DNA from: an uncultured bacterium
GTDB taxonomy: Bacteria > Babelota > Babeliae > Babelales > Babelaceae
Reading direction: 5' to 3'
NCBI GenBank assembly: GCA_963713855.1
Contig: OY970209.1
Location: 608,001-672,000, forward strand
DNA: 64,000 nt
The position numbers were made by a program, and so were the translations under genes. The notes below the pieces were generated by a model. The model saw only the letters and a program-made list of their open reading frames with translations, was not told where the DNA came from and did not search any database. Positions 38,507 to 53,665 of the stretch are shown piece after piece (the stretch's first letter is position 1; each line of letters opens with the position of its first letter).

Positions 38507-38929
38507 ATGGCCAAAGAAATTAAGGCGCGTGTGCGTCTCAGGCTTCCAGGAGGAGCAGCAACACCCGCTCCGCCCGTTGGTTCCATTTTGGGACAGCAAC
38601 AAGTCAATATCATGGATTTTTGTAAGCAGTTTAATGCAAAGACTGCGGATAAAAAAGGACAGACGGTATCCGTGCTTGTAACCATATACGTGGATAAGAA
38701 GTTTGACTTTCAGGTAAAGACAAGTCCTATATCAGAACTTATTAAAAAGAAGCTCAATCTTGCTAAAGGGTCTTCTCAACCAAATAAGCAAAAGGTAGGA
38801 AAGCTCTCGTCAAAAGATGTGGAAGAGATAGCAAAGCAAAAGCTTGTTGATCTTAACACACTTGATCTTGAGCAGGCCAAAAGAACGGTCGCAGGAACAG
38901 CTCGTAGTATGGGCATAGAGGTTGAATAG
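38507..38929 (+). CDS. rplK: 50S ribosomal protein L11
   Basis: ATPAPPVG, NIMDFCKQFNA, GTARSMG. Confidence 0.98.
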   Translation: MAKEIKARVRLRLPGGAATPAPPVGSILGQQQVNIMDFCKQFNAKTADKKGQTVSVLVTIYVDKKFDFQVKTSPISELIKKKLNLAKGSSQPNKQKVGKLSSKDVEEIAKQKLVDLNTLDLEQAKRTVAGTARSMGIEVE

Positions 38930-38940
38930 GGGTTTTTTGT

Positions 38941-39639
38941 ATGCATACACATGGAAAAAAATATACGCAAGCTCGCGGCAAGCTTGATGCAATCAAAAAG
39001 CCCACTTTTTCTTTGCAAGAAGGGCTTTCAAAAGTTAAAGAGTTAGCTTTTGCTCGTTTTGATGAGACGGTAACTGCCAACGTAAATTTGGGCATAGACC
39101 CTCAAAAGGGTGAACAAGCTGTACGAGGCTCGGTACATTTGCCGCATGGCACTGGTAAAAAAGTGCGTGTTCTTGTTTTTGCTAAAGGTGATTACGCTGA
39201 CGCTGCGCGTAAAGCTGGAGCTGAGTATGTTGGCTTTGAAGATCTTTTAGAAAAAATTGAAGCTGGTTGGACTGATTTTGATTACGCGATTGCGACACCA
39301 GATCTGATGGGTGTTGTAGGAAAAGTAGCTAAAATCCTTGGACCACGCGGATTACTACCTAATAAAAAGACGGGAACGGTTACCTTTGATGTTGCAGCTG
39401 TTGTGTCCAACCTTAAGGGCGGACAGCAGTTTTTCAAGAACGATAAAAGTGGAATAGTACACTTTGCCTTTGGTAAAGTCTCTTTTCCTGTTGAAAACCT
39501 CAAAGAAAATTTCCAGGCTTTTATAAAATCTCTGAGCGCAGCTCGTCCTTCGGCAGCTCGAGGAGTTTTTATCAAAAAGATGACGATCTCGTCTACGATG
39601 GGGGTAGGCATTTCTATCAATGCTGATGAAATACGCTAA
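38941..39639 (+). CDS. rplA: 50S ribosomal protein L1
   Basis: FDETV, LPHGTGK, LGPRGLLPN, SSTMG. Confidence 0.98.
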   Translation: MHTHGKKYTQARGKLDAIKKPTFSLQEGLSKVKELAFARFDETVTANVNLGIDPQKGEQAVRGSVHLPHGTGKKVRVLVFAKGDYADAARKAGAEYVGFEDLLEKIEAGWTDFDYAIATPDLMGVVGKVAKILGPRGLLPNKKTGTVTFDVAAVVSNLKGGQQFFKNDKSGIVHFAFGKVSFPVENLKENFQAFIKSLSAARPSAARGVFIKKMTISSTMGVGISINADEIR

Positions 39640-39655
39640 AACCGGGATGTAAATT

Positions 39656-40183
39656 ATGGCTATGAACCGTCAAGAAAAACAGGTCGTTATTGATTCGCTG
39701 AGTAATGATTTTAAAACGAGCGAGGCTGCGTTTCTTGTTAGTCTTAAAGGGCTAACCGTTAATCAGCTTCAGGAGCTTCGTAAAAATTTAAGAGAAAAAG
39801 GCGGTAAATTACGGCTTGCTAAAAATACGCTTACTAAAAGAGCTGCTCATGAGCTAGAGGCTGTATGTGCACTCGAACCATACCTGAAAAACCAAGTTGG
39901 TATAGTTTTTGCAAAGGGAGATTCTCCTGCAGTGGCAAATGTGCTTTGGACTATTTCGCAATCAAACGAAAAGTTTAGCTTGGTTGTAGGTTGCTTTGAG
40001 TCAAAGCTTATCGATAAAGATATGATTAAGTTTCTAGCTACTTTGCCACCACGACCAGTTCTGCTAGCTCAAGTTTGCGGAACTATAAAAGCACCATTGG
40101 TGGGACACGTGTCTTTATTGCATCAGATGCTTGCTCGGCTGCTGTGGGTCCTTGAAAGTGCAGCAAAAAAACGACAAGCGTAG
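39656..40183 (+). CDS. rplJ: 50S ribosomal protein L10
   Basis: GLTVNQLQELR, AKNTL, LATLP; operon position. Confidence 0.95.
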   Translation: MAMNRQEKQVVIDSLSNDFKTSEAAFLVSLKGLTVNQLQELRKNLREKGGKLRLAKNTLTKRAAHELEAVCALEPYLKNQVGIVFAKGDSPAVANVLWTISQSNEKFSLVVGCFESKLIDKDMIKFLATLPPRPVLLAQVCGTIKAPLVGHVSLLHQMLARLLWVLESAAKKRQA

Positions 40184-40243
40184 AACAGTTTTTCAGTCTT
40201 ACTTAAGATATTCTCAAGTTGCTTAACGATGGAGAAAATGCAC

Positions 40244-40636
40244 ATGGCAACAAAAATTGAACAGTTAGTACACGATATCAGTTCACTTACGGCTTTAGAA
40301 CTTGCACAGCTTACTAAGACGCTAGAAGGCGTTTTTGGTGTATCGGCAGCTATGACGGCTGCTGCGGCACCTGCTGCTGCGACAGGCGCTGAAGCTGGCG
40401 CTGGTAAAAAGGCTGAAGAAAAAAGTGAATACGTTGTAAAGCTCGTTGATGCTGGAGCTAACAAAATCAACGTTATTAAAGCGCTACGACAAATTAAGAA
40501 AGATCTGGGATTAACCCAAGCACGTGAGCTTGCTGAAAGTGCTCCGGTTGTTTTAGCTGAAGCTGCATCTAAAGATGAAGCTAAAACTATGAAGGAAGCT
40601 CTTGAGGCTGCTGGTGCTAAAGTAGAGCTTTCCTAA
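40244..40636 (+). CDS. rplL: 50S ribosomal protein L7/L12
   Basis: LTALEL, FGVSA, Ala hinge, [16 protein letters not shown]. Confidence 0.97.
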   Translation: MATKIEQLVHDISSLTALELAQLTKTLEGVFGVSAAMTAAAAPAAATGAEAGAGKKAEEKSEYVVKLVDAGANKINVIKALRQIKKDLGLTQARELAESAPVVLAEAASKDEAKTMKEALEAAGAKVELS

Positions 40637-40684
40637 TTTTTCATATATATATCATGTCTAAGGTATTACGGGGGAGCAGATTGG

Positions 40685-43600
40685 ATGTCTAGCTTGCGTG
40701 CACGTAGAGATACTATTCGTCGATCTTTTGGGAAGATCAAAGATATCGTTCCCGTTCCTAACTTGATTGAGATTCAGTCTCGTTCTTTTAATGAATTTGC
40801 TCAGCTTGACTATTTGCCTGCCGAACGGCAAGCAATGGGTCTTGAAAAAGTCTTTAGGGATATATTCCCTATAGACTACGCCGATAAAATGTCTCTTGAG
40901 TACGTGAGCTATGAGCTGGGAAACTGGGCATGTATTTGTGGCAAGGTGACAGGTATAGCTAATCGTTATACCTGGGTATGCTCCGCTTGTAAACGCTCAG
41001 ATTGTTCTCGGCTTGATGCGAAACATACCTGTACTTTTTGTCATAAAAATACAGCGCGGTATAAAACGTGTCCGAACTGCTTGACGCGCGTTACTATTAA
41101 GCTACCGTTAACACTTGATGAGTGTCGTTCAAGTGAACAGACTTTTTCGATGCCGCTACGTGTGACGATGCAGCTTATTACCTGGGATGTTAATGAAGCG
41201 GGGGTCAAAGCTGTTCGCGACATAAAAGAGCAGGATATCTTTTTTGCTGATATCCCTGTCATGGTTGATCTGTACGAAGAGAATAATCGGATATTGCTTG
41301 GTAACTTGGGAACTTTTCTTATCAATGGCGTTGACCGCGTTATTGTAAGCCAGCTTCACCGTTCACCAGGTGTTATTTTTTCGCATAGCAAAAAAATAAA
41401 AGATATACGGGGCAAACCTTACTATCTAGCTCGCATGATTCCTATGCGTGGTTCATGGATTGACTTCGAGTTTGACAATAACGATTATCTCTATGTTCGT
41501 ATTGATAAAAAGAAAAAGATTTTAGTAACCACCTTTTTACAAGCGCTGGGTATTGATCGCAATAAAATAATACCGTTATTTTATCGTTTTGATCGTGTCC
41601 AACTCGCAGAAGGGGAATATACTCAACGTCTTGACGATACGCTTCTTGGATTGCGTATTGAAAAAGGCATGACCGGTCTTAAAGATGAGGAAAGCTTAGT
41701 TGGTCGCCGGATCACTAAAGAGCTTCTAGCACGTCTTAAAAAAGCGGGTGTTGAGTATCTTATCTTACGAAAAAGTAATTTGATTAACCGTATCGTGGGA
41801 GCTGATGTTATCGATCCTAAGACGGGTGAGATTTTACTTGAAACGGGTACTGTACTGACTGAAGAGACACTCGAGCAGCTTCAAAAACATCCTAAGCTTG
41901 AAGTTGATCTTATTTCGTCATCTGGGTATGTTTTACAGCCTACAATCGTATTGACGCTCAGCCAGGATAAAGCGCAAAACCAAGAGGATGCTTTACGTGA
42001 GCTACATACCAAAATGTGGCCGGGGGATGGTGCGTCCGTTGCTGAAGCGAAGGAGCATATTGAAAATCTCCTATTCAATCCCCGTTTATATGATTTAACG
42101 CGTGTTGGCCGTATTCGTGTTAACCGTAAGCTTGGGCTATCGACGCCTGACAACGTTCTTACCTTAACGGTGGAAGATATCGTTGCAACAGTAAGATACC
42201 TTGTTAACTTGCGTGAGCGGGGCGAAGGTGAACTTGATGATATCGATCATTTGGGTAATCGTCGTGTTCGCTTGGTTGGTGAATTACTCACAAATCAGGT
42301 GTATTTGGGACTTTTACGCATTGAGCGTATCGTTCGCGAGCGCTTCAGGCTTCAGGAAACACATACCGCATTAATGCCCCAGGATTTTCTTAATGTGAAG
42401 CCCTTAAGTGCCGTGCTTCGTGAATTTTTTGGTACTGGCCAATTGTCTCAATCGATGGATCAGACAAACCCACTTGCTGAAATTGCTCATAAAAGGCGAT
42501 TATCTGCGCTTGGGCCCGGCGGTGTTATGAAAGATCGTGCAACGTACGAGATTCGTGACGTGCATACGTCGCACTATGGGCGTATTTGCCCTATCGAAAC
42601 GCCTGAAGGTCAGACGATTGGTTTGATTTCTTCCCTTGCTACATACGCATTTGTCAACGATCTTGGGTTTATTGAGACTGCGTATCGCCCCGTTATTGAT
42701 GGGGTAGCGCAGGATAAAGCTGTGTTTTTGGACGCTTTTGAAGAAAGCAGTCAATATATAGCACAGGCAGATGCTTTACAAGATAGCCAAAAAGGTGAGA
42801 AAAAGCCGGTATTTGCCCGTCATCATGGAAACTTCATGTATGTCGATGCGGACCGTATTAACTTCGTTGATCTTTCTTCAAAGCAATTGGTTTCTGTAGC
42901 AACAGCGCTCATACCTTTTCTTGAGCATGACGATGCAAGCCGTGCATTGATGGGCGCAAACATGCAACGGCAAGCGGTACCGCTTATTAAAACGCAGCCA
43001 CCTCTAGTGGGAACCGGCATGGAAAAAGAGATCGCCTATGCTTCAGGTGCGTGTATCGGTGCAAAACGATCAGGCATTGTTGACTACGTATCGGCTGAAA
43101 AAATTGTCGTACGTGCTAACGAGGACGCGTTTAAAAATACCGAAGACTGGATTTCCCAAGGTGTTGATATTTACCATCTTCGTAAATTCCAACGCTCAAG
43201 TTACAGTACCTGGATTCATCAGACACCTATTGTAAAAACGGGTGATCATGTTGAAGCCAATGATCTTCTTACCAATGCTGCTTCGATTAATAATGGCGAG
43301 CTATCGCTTGGTGCTAACCTATTAGTTGCCTTTATGCCTTGGAACGGCTACAACTTTGAGGACGCTATTGTTCTTAACGAGCGGCTTGTGGCTGAAGACG
43401 TGTTGTCATCGGTACACATCGACGAATATGTAGCTGATGCGCGTGAGACAAAGCTCGGACCTGAGGAAATTACGCGCGATATACCAAACGTCAGCGAGGT
43501 TGCGCTTGCGGGACTTGATGAAGATGGTATTGTGCGTGTTGGTACGCGTGTTCGCCCCGGCGATATTCTTGTCGGTAAGGTAACCCTTAAAGGTGATGTG

Positions 43601-45000
43601 CAGTATTCTCCTGAGGAAAAGCTTCTACGGGCTATTTTTGGTGAAAAGTCCCGTGAAGTGAGAGACACGTCCTTACGTGTTCCGCCGGGCGTTGAGGGAA
43701 CCGTCATAGACGTGAAGGTTTTTTCACGAAGCGGTGTTCGTAAAGACAAGCGCTATAAGGAGTTTGTTGCTCAAGAAACTGCACGTCTGCAGTCTGAGTT
43801 TATGATGTATCATCGTTCGCTCCAAAAAATGGTTAGTGAGAAAATAATTGATGAGCTTGCTGGTAAAGAGCCGCAGGCTAAAACGTCATCTAAGCTTCTA
43901 ACAAAAGGTGTCTTTGATAAAGCAAAAATAGCTGAGTTGCCATTTGAGGAACTTATAGCCTTAAAAGCTTCTGAAAAAGAAGACGAATACCTTTATTGAA
44001 GGGCTTAAAAGCACTTTCGAAAATCAGCTTCGGATACTTGCAGGCTTACAAGAAGAAAAAATTGATAAGCTCAAGCGTGGTGACCCGCTTCCATCTGGAG
44101 TTATTAAGATGGTCAAGGTGTATATCGGCATGAAAAGGCCAATTCAGGTTGGCGATAAGCTTGCAGGCCGTCATGGTAACAAGGGTGTGGTTTCTATTAT
44201 AGTCCCTCGTGAAGACATGCCATTTTTGGATGATGGTACGGCCGTAGATATTGTGCTTAACCCGATTGGTGTTCCTTCGCGTATGAACGTTGGTCAGATT
44301 TTAGAATCGATTTTAGGTATAGCTGGCCGTGCTTTAGGAAAGCAGCTTGAGTATCTCATGGAAACTGCCGGTTATGAGGACGTTAAAAAGCGCCTTGAGC
44401 ATTACTATGGTACTCAGTTGATTAAGCACTACGAGGCGCACCATGGTAAGGATGGTATTAGAGAGCTTGCTATGCAAACAGCGCGGCGCGGTGTGTTTTA
44501 TAAGACGCCTGTTTTTGATAGCGGGACATTTGAAGGTGATATAAAGCCTCTCTTACAAGAAAGCAGGCTTCCGCTTACGGGAACTTTTAGGCTCCGTGAT
44601 GGCAGGACGAACGAGTATTTTGACCAAAAGGTTACCGTTGGCGAGATTTACATGATGAAACTGAACCATATGGTTGATGATAAGCTACATGGTCGATCTG
44701 TTGGTCCTTATTCGCTTGTCACGCAGCAACCTCTTGGTGGTAAAGCACAGATGGGAGGTCAGCGTTTTGGGGAAATGGAAGTCTGGGCGTTAGAAGCATA
44801 CGGAGCTGCATACATGCTTCAGGAAATGTTGACGATAAAGTCTGACGATGTTGCTGGTCGGCATAAGGTCTATGAAGCGATTGTCCGTGGTGAAGATGTT
44901 CCTGAGCCAGGGTTACCTGAATCCTTTAACGTGTTGATTAAAGAATTACAAAGCTTGGCTGTACGAGTTGATCTCTTTAAGAGCAGCAAGGAGGATGTTG

Positions 45001-45008
<8 letters not shown>
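40685..45008 (+). CDS. rpoB: RNA polymerase beta subunit; one +1 frameshift near 43975
   Basis: [54 protein letters not shown]. The +1 frame reads through KTNTFIEG...[11 protein letters not shown] into ORF 44109. Confidence 0.97.
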
Positions 45009-49085
<4,077 letters not shown>

Positions 49086-49094
49086 AAAAAAGAC

Positions 49095-49169
49095 AGGCGC
49101 GTAGCTCAGAGGCAGAGCACTGCTTTGACGTAGCAGGGGTCAGCGGTTCAAATCCGCTCGCGCCTACCA
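49095..49169 (+). tRNA. tRNA-Val(GAC)
   Basis: AGGCGCG/CGCGCCT acceptor stem, anticodon loop TTGACGT, CCA. Confidence 0.93.
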
Positions 49170-49190
49170 AACATAAGAGAGGTTTTTTGG

Positions 49191-49457
49191 ATGGTTAATC
49201 CGGAACGTAAAAGAAACGTTATGCAAGATTACCGCGTCAACGATAAAGATACTGGTTCAATAGAACTACAAGTAGCTATGCTTACTGATCGTATCAACAT
49301 GCTTAATAAGCATCTGAGTGATAATAAACATGATTATTCATCACAAGTTGGGCTTATGAAGCTTGTTGGTAGGCGTAGACGCTTTTTGAGGTATCTAGCA
49401 CGCACAAATCCTGTAACGTATAAAAATATTATTGAACGTTTAGGGCTACGCGCTTAA
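49191..49457 (+). CDS. rpsO: 30S ribosomal protein S15
   Basis: DTGSIELQVA, HD..S..GLMKLVGRRRR, LGLR. Confidence 0.97.
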   Translation: MVNPERKRNVMQDYRVNDKDTGSIELQVAMLTDRINMLNKHLSDNKHDYSSQVGLMKLVGRRRRFLRYLARTNPVTYKNIIERLGLRA

Positions 49458-49498
49458 GATAGTTTTACGACACTTACTGTAGCCATAGGTTTATAGGA

Positions 49499-51577
49499 AT
49501 GATAGAAAAAAAATTTAGATTTGAAGACGCAGGGTATGAAGTAACGCTTGGCAAGTTTGCTCAACAAGCAGATGGTGCGGCATGGATTCAACAGGGAGGT
49601 ACGATTGTTCTTGCAACGGTCGTTTCTACTCCGGCCAAGGAATTTCCCGGCTTCCTGCCTTTGACCGTTGATTACCGTGAGCTTTTTTCGGCCGCTGGTA
49701 AAATCCCAGGTGGATATTTTAAGCGTGAAGGTAAGTTTACCGATAAAGAGGTCTTAACTGCTCGCCTTATTGATCGGGCTATAAGGCCTCTTTTTCCTGT
49801 TAACTTTTTTAACCAGGTTCAAATTCTTGCAACAGTATATTCTGTTGATAAAGAGCATATGCCTCACGGCCTTGCTCTGCTTGCAAGCTCGATCGCGTTG
49901 ATGAGTTCTAAAATCCCTTTTTTGGGTCCTGTGGGTATAGCTGAAGTTGCTCGTGTCAAAGGCAGCTGGGTTGTAAATCCAACCTATCCTCAAACACTTG
50001 AAGCGACAGCAAAAATCATGGTTGCTGGTACTGAAGAAGGTATCTGTATGGTTGAGGGATCTGCTCACGACATAGAGGAAGCAGAGTTTCTCGATGTTCT
50101 TTTTATGGCCCATGAAGTGGTGAAAAAGCAAGTTGAATGGCAAAAGAAGATCACTAATGAGATGCAGGTTCCTAAAGAAGAGATTGTCGATCAGTTTGAC
50201 TGGAAGGAATGGAAAGAGCGTGCTCAAGTTTTCTTGACTGAAGAAAAAGCACGCGCATTTTTCAATGCCGATAAAATTGTTCGCAACGAAGTACTCAGTA
50301 ACCTTCAAACTGAATTCTTGACGATGCATAGTGAAAGCGTTGAGCAAGAAACTGTATCAGATACTTTTCTAAAATATATTTTCGACGAAGTCTGGGAAGA
50401 AAAGATTACAGCGCTTACCTTTAAGCTTGGCCACAGATTTGATTTACGTGCTTTTGATCAAGTGCGACCTATTAGTGTTGAAGTTGGTCTTCTTCCCTTT
50501 ACGCATGGCTCATCATTATTTACACGTGGCCGTACGCAAGCTTTAACGAGTGTAACGTTGGGCGGTGGTTCTGAAGAGTTTAAGTTTGAAGGTCTCATGG
50601 GCGATTTGCCTGATGGTATGTTCTTACTGCATTATAACTTTTTACCATTTTCCGTTGGCGAAATAAAACCTATGAGAGCTCCTGGCCGTCGTGAGGTTGG
50701 GCATGGGCACTTAGCGGCTTCTGCTATTAGACAAGTCTTACCAGCAAAAGATGAGTTTCCCTACGTGCTTCGTATTGTTGCGGATATTTTAGAGTCTGAT
50801 GGATCGAGTTCTATGGCTACTGTGTGCGGTAGCACTATGGCACTTATGGATGCCGGTGTTCCTATTCGCACAATGGTCAGTGGTGTTGCTATGGGCCTAT
50901 TACGTGGAACGGATGGTACTTTTAAAGTATTGACCGATATTTCGGGCAGCGAAGATTCTTTTGGTCTTATGGATTTTAAGCTGGCAGGTACTGCCACAGG
51001 CATTGTTGCTATTCAAATGGATGTTAAGTATCGCGGTGGCCTTAAACGAGAAGTTTTTGAGCTAGCTTTAGAGGCTGCAAAAAAAGGTCGTCTTCATATC
51101 TTAGATAAAATGAAGACTGTACTGAGTGCGCCTCGTAAAGAGCTTTCCGATCTTGTTCCTCGGTTTGTGACAGTCAAGGTACCTAAAGAGAAAATTGGTG
51201 CTATTATCGGAACGGGTGGTAAAGTTATTAGAGAGATTACTGAAAAAACATCTACCACTATTGATATTGAAGATACTGGGCTTATAAAGATTTTTGGCCA
51301 ACCGGGGCCTACGCTTGATGCTGCAGTAGCGTGGGTTAAACTGCTAGGTGGTAATGTTGAAAGAGGTGCTCGCTATGAAGGTAAGGTAAGGCGTATTGCT
51401 GATTTTGGCCTTATTGTTGAGCTTGTGCCGGGAGTTGATGGCCTTGTGCACATTTCAACGATACCACGTAAAGACCAAGAATCTATAATGCGCAATACTC
51501 AATTGAACGATACGGTTAATGTTGAAATCATAGATCATGATCCTGAGACGGGTCGTATTCGCTTAAAGTTTGTGTAG
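49499..51577 (+). CDS. pnp: Polyribonucleotide nucleotidyltransferase
   Basis: FLPLTVDY, RLIDRAIRP, HGSSLFTRG, RREVGHG, GSSSMA, KH and S1 domains. Confidence 0.98.
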   Translation: MIEKKFRFEDAGYEVTLGKFAQQADGAAWIQQGGTIVLATVVSTPAKEFPGFLPLTVDYRELFSAAGKIPGGYFKREGKFTDKEVLTARLIDRAIRPLFPVNFFNQVQILATVYSVDKEHMPHGLALLASSIALMSSKIPFLGPVGIAEVARVKGSWVVNPTYPQTLEATAKIMVAGTEEGICMVEGSAHDIEEAEFLDVLFMAHEVVKKQVEWQKKITNEMQVPKEEIVDQFDWKEWKERAQVFLTEEKARAFFNADKIVRNEVLSNLQTEFLTMHSESVEQETVSDTFLKYIFDEVWEEKITALTFKLGHRFDLRAFDQVRPISVEVGLLPFTHGSSLFTRGRTQALTSVTLGGGSEEFKFEGLMGDLPDGMFLLHYNFLPFSVGEIKPMRAPGRREVGHGHLAASAIRQVLPAKDEFPYVLRIVADILESDGSSSMATVCGSTMALMDAGVPIRTMVSGVAMGLLRGTDGTFKVLTDISGSEDSFGLMDFKLAGTATGIVAIQMDVKYRGGLKREVFELALEAAKKGRLHILDKMKTVLSAPRKELSDLVPRFVTVKVPKEKIGAIIGTGGKVIREITEKTSTTIDIEDTGLIKIFGQPGPTLDAAVAWVKLLGGNVERGARYEGKVRRIADFGLIVELVPGVDGLVHISTIPRKDQESIMRNTQLNDTVNVEIIDHDPETGRIRLKFV

Positions 51578-51586
51578 AGAAGGAAT

Positions 51587-52405
51587 ATGCAAAAACAGAA
51601 AAGCGGTGTTCGCGCAGGAAACCGCTTGTATGACCAGCTACGATCACTAAAAGTCACCTATGGGATTTATCCCTACGCTGCCGGCTCAACTCTTTTTGAA
51701 CTTGGCAACACTAAAGTGTTGTGTGCTGTGACCTTGCAAAGTGGTGTTCCACACTTTTTAAGGGGAAAAAAGACTGGCTGGCTAACGGCGGAATACTCTT
51801 TACTGCCAACTGCAACGCCGATGCGAACAGTACGCGAAATTACTGCAAATAGGCGTAGTGGTCGCGTTATTGAGATATCTCGGCTTATTGGGCGTTCTTT
51901 AAGAGCAATTGCTGATTTAAGTGTTTTAGGTGAGCAAACTATTTTTATCGATTGTGATGTACTGCAAGCGGATGGTGGAACTCGAACTGCATCTATTACG
52001 GGAGCCTATCTTGCTTTGCGTGCAGCGCAAGCGCGTTGGGCTTCTCAGGGTATTCTCGGATCGCCTTCGTTATTACGCGATGAGTTAGCTGCTGTATCGG
52101 TTGGCTCGGGCGCAAAGGGTCCGCTTTTGGACATGGATTTTGCTGAAGACAGCATTATCGATGCTGATTATAATTTTGTGCTTACACGCTCAGGCAAGGT
52201 TGTTGAAATTCAGGGATCTGCCGAAAGGTCCGCTATTAGTTGGGACGAGTATGGAGAAATGCGAGAGCTTGCTCTTCAAGGCGCGCATGAGCTCTTCTTC
52301 TTTTACGACACGTATGCTGTTCCCCAGGAGCAGCAGTATTTAGCATCAACGCCATTTGTTTTTTCTTCTTTTTCTAGCCCACTCATTTGTGACGATCGTC
52401 CATGA
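51587..52405 (+). CDS. rph: Ribonuclease PH
   Basis: GWLTAEYSLLP, EISRLIGRSLR, DCDVLQADGGTRTASITG. Confidence 0.96.
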   Translation: MQKQKSGVRAGNRLYDQLRSLKVTYGIYPYAAGSTLFELGNTKVLCAVTLQSGVPHFLRGKKTGWLTAEYSLLPTATPMRTVREITANRRSGRVIEISRLIGRSLRAIADLSVLGEQTIFIDCDVLQADGGTRTASITGAYLALRAAQARWASQGILGSPSLLRDELAAVSVGSGAKGPLLDMDFAEDSIIDADYNFVLTRSGKVVEIQGSAERSAISWDEYGEMRELALQGAHELFFFYDTYAVPQEQQYLASTPFVFSSFSSPLICDDRP

Positions 52406-53355
52406 ATCTTTCGAATCTTGTAGATGCTTTAAGGCAACAAGGCTCTTTAGAGACAGTTACCGTTTTCTGGTCAAAGGGGCTCAATCAGTCTCCTTTTTGT
52501 ACATATCTTTTTGTTGACCGCTTATCCCGTTTTTTAGGCAGAGAGATCAAGCACTTTTCCCTTGGAGACCTTTCTTTGAACGATATACAAGCGCAGCTTG
52601 CTACATCATTTTTAGGTACTGCAAGGCTTTATTGGGTCAAAGACGTCGATGAGCTTTCTGCGGCCGATAGAAAGCATCTTGAATCAATTATAAGTGCTTA
52701 TAAGGGTCCCCATACACTTTTGTATACGACCGATCAGGAGCCAAGCAAAGGTGCACATTCAGGCCTACGGGTACTAAGGTTTGATGAAAAAATTACCGCT
52801 CTTAATTACCCTTACTTGTATGAGCTTATTCACAGTTCTCCTTTTACCCCAACTGATTTTTCCAAAAAGATGTTTGAAAAATGTAAGGCTATCGACGTTG
52901 ATACTGCATGTATGCTTACATATTACCAGAGTATGCTAGGCCGCCAGGCGGAGCAGTTTTTAGGGACGTGGCTCTCGCGCATTGTTCGGCAGGAGTACTC
53001 TCTTTTTGAGCTGAGTAAATATTTTTTTGCAAAGGATTATGCCGCATTCTTGGGTTTATGGAAGCAGGTTTTCATGCTCTATCCCCCTGAATTTTGGATA
53101 GTGTATTGGTCTGACCAGTTATGGCAAGCGCTTTCTTTTATAGTATGTCAAGAACAGAAACTTAAAGCGCCATCATATCGTTTGCCGTTCTCGTTTACTC
53201 AACAGGGCTTTAGAAAATATAAGACGCCTGAACTCGTAAGAGCTCATTCGTTTATCTATGCATTCGACTATGCTTTTAAGCACGGGTCGGTTACATCAAA
53301 CGCTGGAATGGAACTTTTTTGCTTAAAATTTTTATCCGGTGGATTTGGCCCGTAA
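52402..53355 (+). CDS. Hypothetical protein, possibly a divergent DNA polymerase III delta subunit (HolA-like)
   Basis: About 320 aa; SFLG..RL motif like HolA SLF...R, then SLFEL and a terminal D..FK.G...ME.F pattern. Weak similarity by eye only. Confidence 0.45.
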   Translation: MNLSNLVDALRQQGSLETVTVFWSKGLNQSPFCTYLFVDRLSRFLGREIKHFSLGDLSLNDIQAQLATSFLGTARLYWVKDVDELSAADRKHLESIISAYKGPHTLLYTTDQEPSKGAHSGLRVLRFDEKITALNYPYLYELIHSSPFTPTDFSKKMFEKCKAIDVDTACMLTYYQSMLGRQAEQFLGTWLSRIVRQEYSLFELSKYFFAKDYAAFLGLWKQVFMLYPPEFWIVYWSDQLWQALSFIVCQEQKLKAPSYRLPFSFTQQGFRKYKTPELVRAHSFIYAFDYAFKHGSVTSNAGMELFCLKFLSGGFGP

Positions 53356-53453
53356 AGGAGATAACCAGAGTTTTATCTACTCATCTTGCAATTTCAAAGT
53401 AATGAAGTAATACTATCCTCAAACGATTTTTTTTGATGTTAAAGGAAAAAGTA

Positions 53454-53636
53454 ATGACTTTTAAAGGTATGATTCTGACGGGCTGCACGCTTATAGTTTT
53501 GGTGGCCGGCGTGGCGCTTATAACAAAAAACCGCACACTTTTTGCCAAAAATGAAAAGAAAGCTATGTGCAATGACTGTCCATGCGGCCCAAACTGTTCA
53601 TGTAACCCTTGTAACTGCAAGAAGGTGAAAACCTAA
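53454..53636 (+). CDS. Small membrane-anchored protein with metallothionein-like Cys tail
   Basis: AAAGGA RBS; TM segment; C-terminus CNDCPCGPNCSCNPCNCKK. Confidence 0.7.
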   Translation: MTFKGMILTGCTLIVLVAGVALITKNRTLFAKNEKKAMCNDCPCGPNCSCNPCNCKKVKT

Positions 53637-53665
53637 TCTAGGGTGGGCTTTGGGTTAAAAAAAAT

